Shown piece after piece: positions 61,301 through 64,000 of a DNA stretch of 64,000 bases. Position numbers and translations under genes: made by a program. How positions within the stretch are numbered: the stretch's first letter is position 1; each line of letters begins with the position of its first letter. The notes under the pieces are model-generated. The model had not been told where the DNA came from. It saw nothing but the letters and a program-made list of their open reading frames with translations, and searched no databases. This DNA comes from Auanema rhodensis (Eukaryota; Animalia; Nematoda), in the NCBI GenBank assembly GCA_964057225.1, contig OZ059899.1, positions 8,432,001 through 8,496,000 on the forward strand, in the 5' to 3' direction.

Positions 61301-64000
61301 TGGAGTCGTCGTTGATGTTGTTGATGTTGTTGTAGATGGAGTCGTCGTTGACGTTGTAGATGTTGTTGTAGATGGAGTCGTGCTCGTTGTTGTAGATGGA
61401 GTTGTGCTCGTTGTTGTAGATGGAGTCGTCGTTGACGTTGTAGATGTCGTCGTAGATGGAGTCGTGCTCGTTGTTGTAGATGGAGTCGTGCTCGTTGTTG
61501 TAGATGGAGTTGTGCTCGTTGTTGTAGATGGAGTCGTCGTTGACGTTGTAGATGTCGTCGTAGATGGAGTCGTGCTCGTTGTTGTAGATGGAGTCGTGCT
61601 CGTTGTTGTAGATGGAGTCGTCGTTGATGTTGTTGATGTTGTTGTAGATGGAGTCGTCGTTGACGTTGTAGATGTTGTTGTAGATGGAGTCGTGCTCGTT
61701 GTTGTAGATGGAGTCGTGCTCGTTGTTGTAGATGGAGTCGTCGTTGATGTTGTTGATGTTGTTGTAGATGGAGTCGTCGTTGACGTTGTAGATGTTGTTG
61801 TAGATGGAGTTGTGCTCGTTGTTGTAGATGGAGTCGTGCTCGTTGTTGTAGATGGAGTTGTGCTCGTTGTTGTAGATGGAGTCGTCGTTGACGTTGTAGA
61901 TGTTGTTGTAGATGGTGTCGTCGTTGACGTTGTAGATGTTGTCGTAGATGGAGTCGTGCTCGTTGTTGTAGATGGAGTCGTTGTTGACGTTGTAGATGTT
62001 GTTGTAGATGGTGTCGTCGTTGACGTTGTAGATGTTGTCGTAGATGGAGTCGTGCTCGTTGTTGTAGATGGAGTCGTCGTTGACGTTGTAGATGGAGTCG
62101 TGCTCGTTGTTGTAGATGGTGTCGTCGTTGACGTTGTAGATGTTGTTGTAGATGGAGTTGTGCTCGTTGTTGTAGATGGGGTCGTCGTTGACGTTGTAGA
62201 TGTCGTCGTAGATGGAGTCGTGCTCGTTGTTGTAGATGGTGTCGTCGTTGACGTTGTAGATGTTGTTGTAGATGTCGTCGTAGATGGAGTCGTGCTCGTT
62301 GTTGTAGATGGAGTCGTGCTCGTTGTTGTAGATGGAGTCGTCGTTGATGTTGTTGATGTTGTTGTAGATGGAGTCGTCGTTGACGTTGTAGATGTTGTTG
62401 TAGATGGAGTCGTGCTCGTTGTTGTAGATGGAGTCGTGCTCGTTGTTGTAGATGGAGTCGTCGTTGATGTTGTTGATGTTGTTGTAGATGGAGTCGTCGT
62501 TGACGTTGTAGATGTCGTCGTAGATGGAGTCGTGCTCGTTGTTGTAGATGGAGTCGTGCTCGTTGTTGTAGATGGAGTCGTCGTTGATGTTGTTGATGTT
62601 GTTGTAGATGGAGTCGTCGTTGACGTTGTAGATGTTGTTGTAGATGGAGTTGTGCTCGTCGTTGTAGATGGAGTCGTGCTCGTTGTTGTAGATGAAGTCG
62701 TGCTCGTTGTTGTAGATGGAGTCGTCGTTGATGTTGTTGATGTTGTTGTAGATGGAGTCGTCGTTGACGTTGTAGATGTTGTTGTAGATGGAGTCGTGCT
62801 CGTTGTTGTAGATGGAGTTGTGCTCGTTGTTGTAGATGGAGTCGTCGTTGACGTTGTAGATGTCGTCGTAGATGGAGTCGTGCTCGTTGTTGTAGATGGA
62901 GTCGGGCTCGTTGTTGTAGATGGAGTCGTCGTTGATGTTGTTGATGTTGTTGTAGATGGAGTCGTCGTTGACGTTGTAGATGTTGTTGTAGATGGAGTCG
63001 TGCTCGTTGTTGTAGATGGAGTTGTGCTCGTTGTTGTAGATGGAGTCGTCGTTGACGTTGTAGATGTCGTCGTAGATGGAGTCGTGCTCGTTGTTGTAGA
63101 TGAAGTCGTGCTCGTTGTTGTAGATGGAGTCGTCGTTGATGTTGTTGATGTTGTTGTAGATGGAGTCGTCGTTGACGTTGTAGATGTTGTTGTAGATGGA
63201 GTTGTGCTCGTTGTTGTAGATGGAGTCGTGCTCGTCGTTGTAGATGGAGTTGTGCTCGTTGTTGTAGATGGAGTCGTCGTTGACGTTGTAGATGTTGTTG
63301 TAGATGGTGTCGTCGTTGACGTTGTAGATGTTGTCGTAGATGGAGTCGTGCTCGTTGTTGTAGATGGAGTCGTGCTAGTTGTTGTAGATGGAGTCGTGCT
63401 CGTTGTTGTAGATGGAGTCGTCGTTGACGTTGTAGATGTCGTCGTAGATGGAGTCGTGCTCGTTGTTGTAGATGGAGTCGTCGTTGAAGTTGTAGATGTC
63501 GTCGTAGATGGAGTCGTGCTCGTTGTTGTAGATGGAGTCGTCGTTGACGTTGTAGATGTTGTTGTGGATGGTGTCGTCGTTGACGTTGTAGATGTTGTTG
63601 TAGATGGAGTTGTGCTCGTTGTTGTAGATGGAGTCGTCGTTGACGTTGTAGATGTTGTCGTAGATGGAGTCGTGCTCGTTGTTGTAGATGGAGTCGTGCT
63701 CGTTGTTGTAGATGGAGTCGTCGTTGACGTTGTAGATGTTGTTGTGGATGGTGTCGTCGTTGACGTTGTAGATGTTGTTGTAGATGGAGTTGTGCTCGTT
63801 GTTGTAGATGGAGTCGTCGTTGACGTTGTAGATGTTGTCGTAGATGGAGTCGTGCTCGTTGTTGTAGATGGAGTCGTGCTCGTTGTTGTAGATGGTGTCG
63901 TCGTTGACGTTGTAGATGTTGTCGTATATGGAGTCGTGCTCGTTGTTGTAGATGGAGTCGTCGTTGACGTTGTAGATGTCGTCGTAGATGGAGTCGTGCT
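2..64000 (-). CDS. Partial (open at both ends) giant mucin-like Thr/Ser/Pro-rich tandem-repeat (PTS) coding region, at least 21,333 codons; repeats PSTTTSTT and PSTTTSTTSTTT
   Basis: The reverse complement of + triplets starting at positions 2 mod 3 gives almost only ACN (Thr), TCN/AGC (Ser) and CCA (Pro). I saw no + strand TTA/CTA/TCA triplet in this phase, i.e. no stop. Every 60-bp line up to 60961 starts in the same 12-bp register, so there is no net frameshift; the only register change (61014-61025) is +6 bp. Common variants hit the wobble base. No start, stop or non-repeat domain lies in the window, so the product call rests on composition alone. Confidence 0.8.
1620..6930. repeat. Higher-order duplications, offsets 1392 bp and 1860 bp (three related copies)
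   Basis: Marker GTTCTT (C at 2703/4095/5955), marker TTCTAG (C at 2958/4350/6210), GAA at 1650/3042 and 2544/3936. Confidence 0.85.
18700..23600. repeat. Overlapping higher-order duplications, offsets 2340, 756 and 2556 bp
   Basis: Linked GGC...GTTATA...GACATT cassette with GGC at 18867, 21207 and 21963; CCT at 20492/23048 and CTT at 20961/23517 (offset 2556). Confidence 0.8.
28350..33990. repeat. Nested higher-order duplications, offsets 1908 bp and 4416 bp
   Basis: GAGGGA at 30141/32049, GTCGTAGAT in an A unit at 30651/32559, and hybrid GGT-GTCGTGCTC at 29391/31299 (all 1908). CCT at 28748/33164 and GTTCTT C at 28935/33351 (4416). Confidence 0.85.
36700..44950. repeat. ~3.9-kb tandem duplication (offset 3840 -> 3900 -> 3876 bp)
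   Basis: GTAGTAGATG at 37491/41391, GAA at 39228/43104, AAT at 40005/43881, truncated B unit at 40161/44037. The offset steps correspond to a 60-bp gain (~40921-41040) and a 24-bp loss (~41790). Confidence 0.85.
43206..55495. repeat. 6132-bp (2044-codon) apparently perfect tandem duplication
   Basis: Rare markers all at offset 6132: AAT 43881/50013, truncated B 44037/50169, TGCTGG 45031/51163, TATATG 46831/52963, GTCGTACT 46851/52983, AAT of GGAATC 47978/54110. The flanking mismatches are at 43205/49337 and 49364/55496. Confidence 0.9.
59150..64000. repeat. Diverged duplication, offset 3138 bp (~59.15-60.86 kb vs ~62.29-64.0 kb)
   Basis: GTTGTGCTCGTCGTT at 59511/62649 and GAA at 60348/63486; the end of the window (63961) matches 60823. 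The offset is not a multiple of 12 because the 6-bp insertion at ~61017 lies between the copies. Confidence 0.8.

Larger units (their letters stand above)
1..64000. repeat. Composite coding minisatellite/VNTR of 24-bp (A) and 36-bp (B) monomers on a 12-bp grid, roughly 2,100 monomers
   Basis: Directly visible. A = GATGGAGT(C/T)GTGCTCGTTGTTGTA; B = GATGG(A/T)GT(C/T)GTCGTTGA(C/T)GTTGT(A/T)GATGT(T/C)GT(T/C)GT(A/G). Both consensus monomers are 75% G+T on the + strand (A 50% GC, B 44% GC). Copy number is estimated as 64,000 / ~30 bp. Confidence 0.99.

Noticed and set aside
3-63998. Equally long stop-free + strand frame encoding DGVVLVVV / DGVVVDVVDVVV
   Set aside because: Expected antisense shadow: Thr/Ser/Pro codons have a central C, so nearly all opposite-strand codons in this phase start with G and cannot be stops. 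It shares its wobble position with the minus frame. The discriminating sites (Leu vs Asp at the conserved Ser; Asp->Glu variants) favour the minus frame, and a ~65% Val polymer is implausible. Only stranded expression data would exclude it formally.
3-63998. Minus-strand frame encoding YNNEHDSI / YNNIYNVNDDSI, which looks protein-like
   Set aside because: Interrupted by TAG/TAA wherever the + strand has in-phase CTA/TTA (e.g. ~1413, 2958, 4350, ~8130 and many CTAGTT sites past 38 kb). Even under TAA/TAG reassignment, the common variants fall on first codon positions (N/D/Y/H swaps), the opposite of a coding signature.
1-63999. Third minus frame (LQQRARLH-type) and + frames 1 and 2
   Set aside because: The third minus frame has stops at variants such as ~1577, ~14315, ~18605 and ~40004, and its common variation is non-synonymous. 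+ frame 1 has TAG in almost every monomer, and + frame 2 has TGA in every B monomer.
1-64000. CRISPR array (24-36-bp repeats)
   Set aside because: No unique spacers, leader or cas genes; the units are directly contiguous.
1-64000. Non-coding telomeric or centromeric satellite (G/T-rich strand, higher-order repeats)
   Set aside because: No G-tracts or fixed short telomeric unit. Strict codon phase, 3n-only indels and wobble-restricted variation are better explained by coding function, though this is not formally excluded without flanks or RNA.
2-64000. Assignment to a named gene (MUC5AC, MUC2, insect glue/mucin, streptococcal serine-rich repeat adhesin, antifreeze or ice-binding protein)
   Set aside because: The repeat does not match the consensus units I know (TTSTTSAP, PTTTPITTTTTVTPTPTPTGTQT, SASTSA, TAA/TxT), and no diagnostic domain lies in the window. 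No gene symbol is given.
1-64000. Promoter, RBS-like (GGAG), ATG and splice-like GT/AG motifs
   Set aside because: They recur in nearly every monomer as by-products of the repeat, and none has distinguishing context.

Overview
The whole 64-kb window is one codon-phased tandem array with no unique sequence. It is built from two related monomers mixed in irregular order: A, 24 bp (+ strand GATGGAGTCGTGCTCGTTGTTGTA), and B, 36 bp (GATGGAGTCGTCGTTGACGTTGTAGATGTTGTTGTA). On the minus strand they encode PSTTTSTT (A) and PSTTTSTTSTTT (B). Reading by eye, I found no stop or frameshift in that frame from 64000 to 2. That gives 21,333 codons of almost pure Thr/Ser/Pro (about 65/25/10%), with no start, stop, intron or Cys-rich interruption visible. 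The best reading is the interior of an extraordinarily long mucin-type PTS domain; the gene and organism cannot be identified from this window. Several lines point to protein-level constraint: every indel seen is a multiple of 3, variants that have spread are mostly synonymous while singletons are mostly non-synonymous, and Ser is kept via both AGC and TCN codons. Rare SNPs act as barcodes that reveal nested higher-order duplications (offsets 636/660, 1392, 1860, 1908, 2340, 2556, 3138, ~3876, 4416, 6132 and ~33,600 bp) and two regional variant 'dialects'. All analysis was by eye; duplication boundaries are approximate, and assembly artefacts in such a repeat cannot be excluded.
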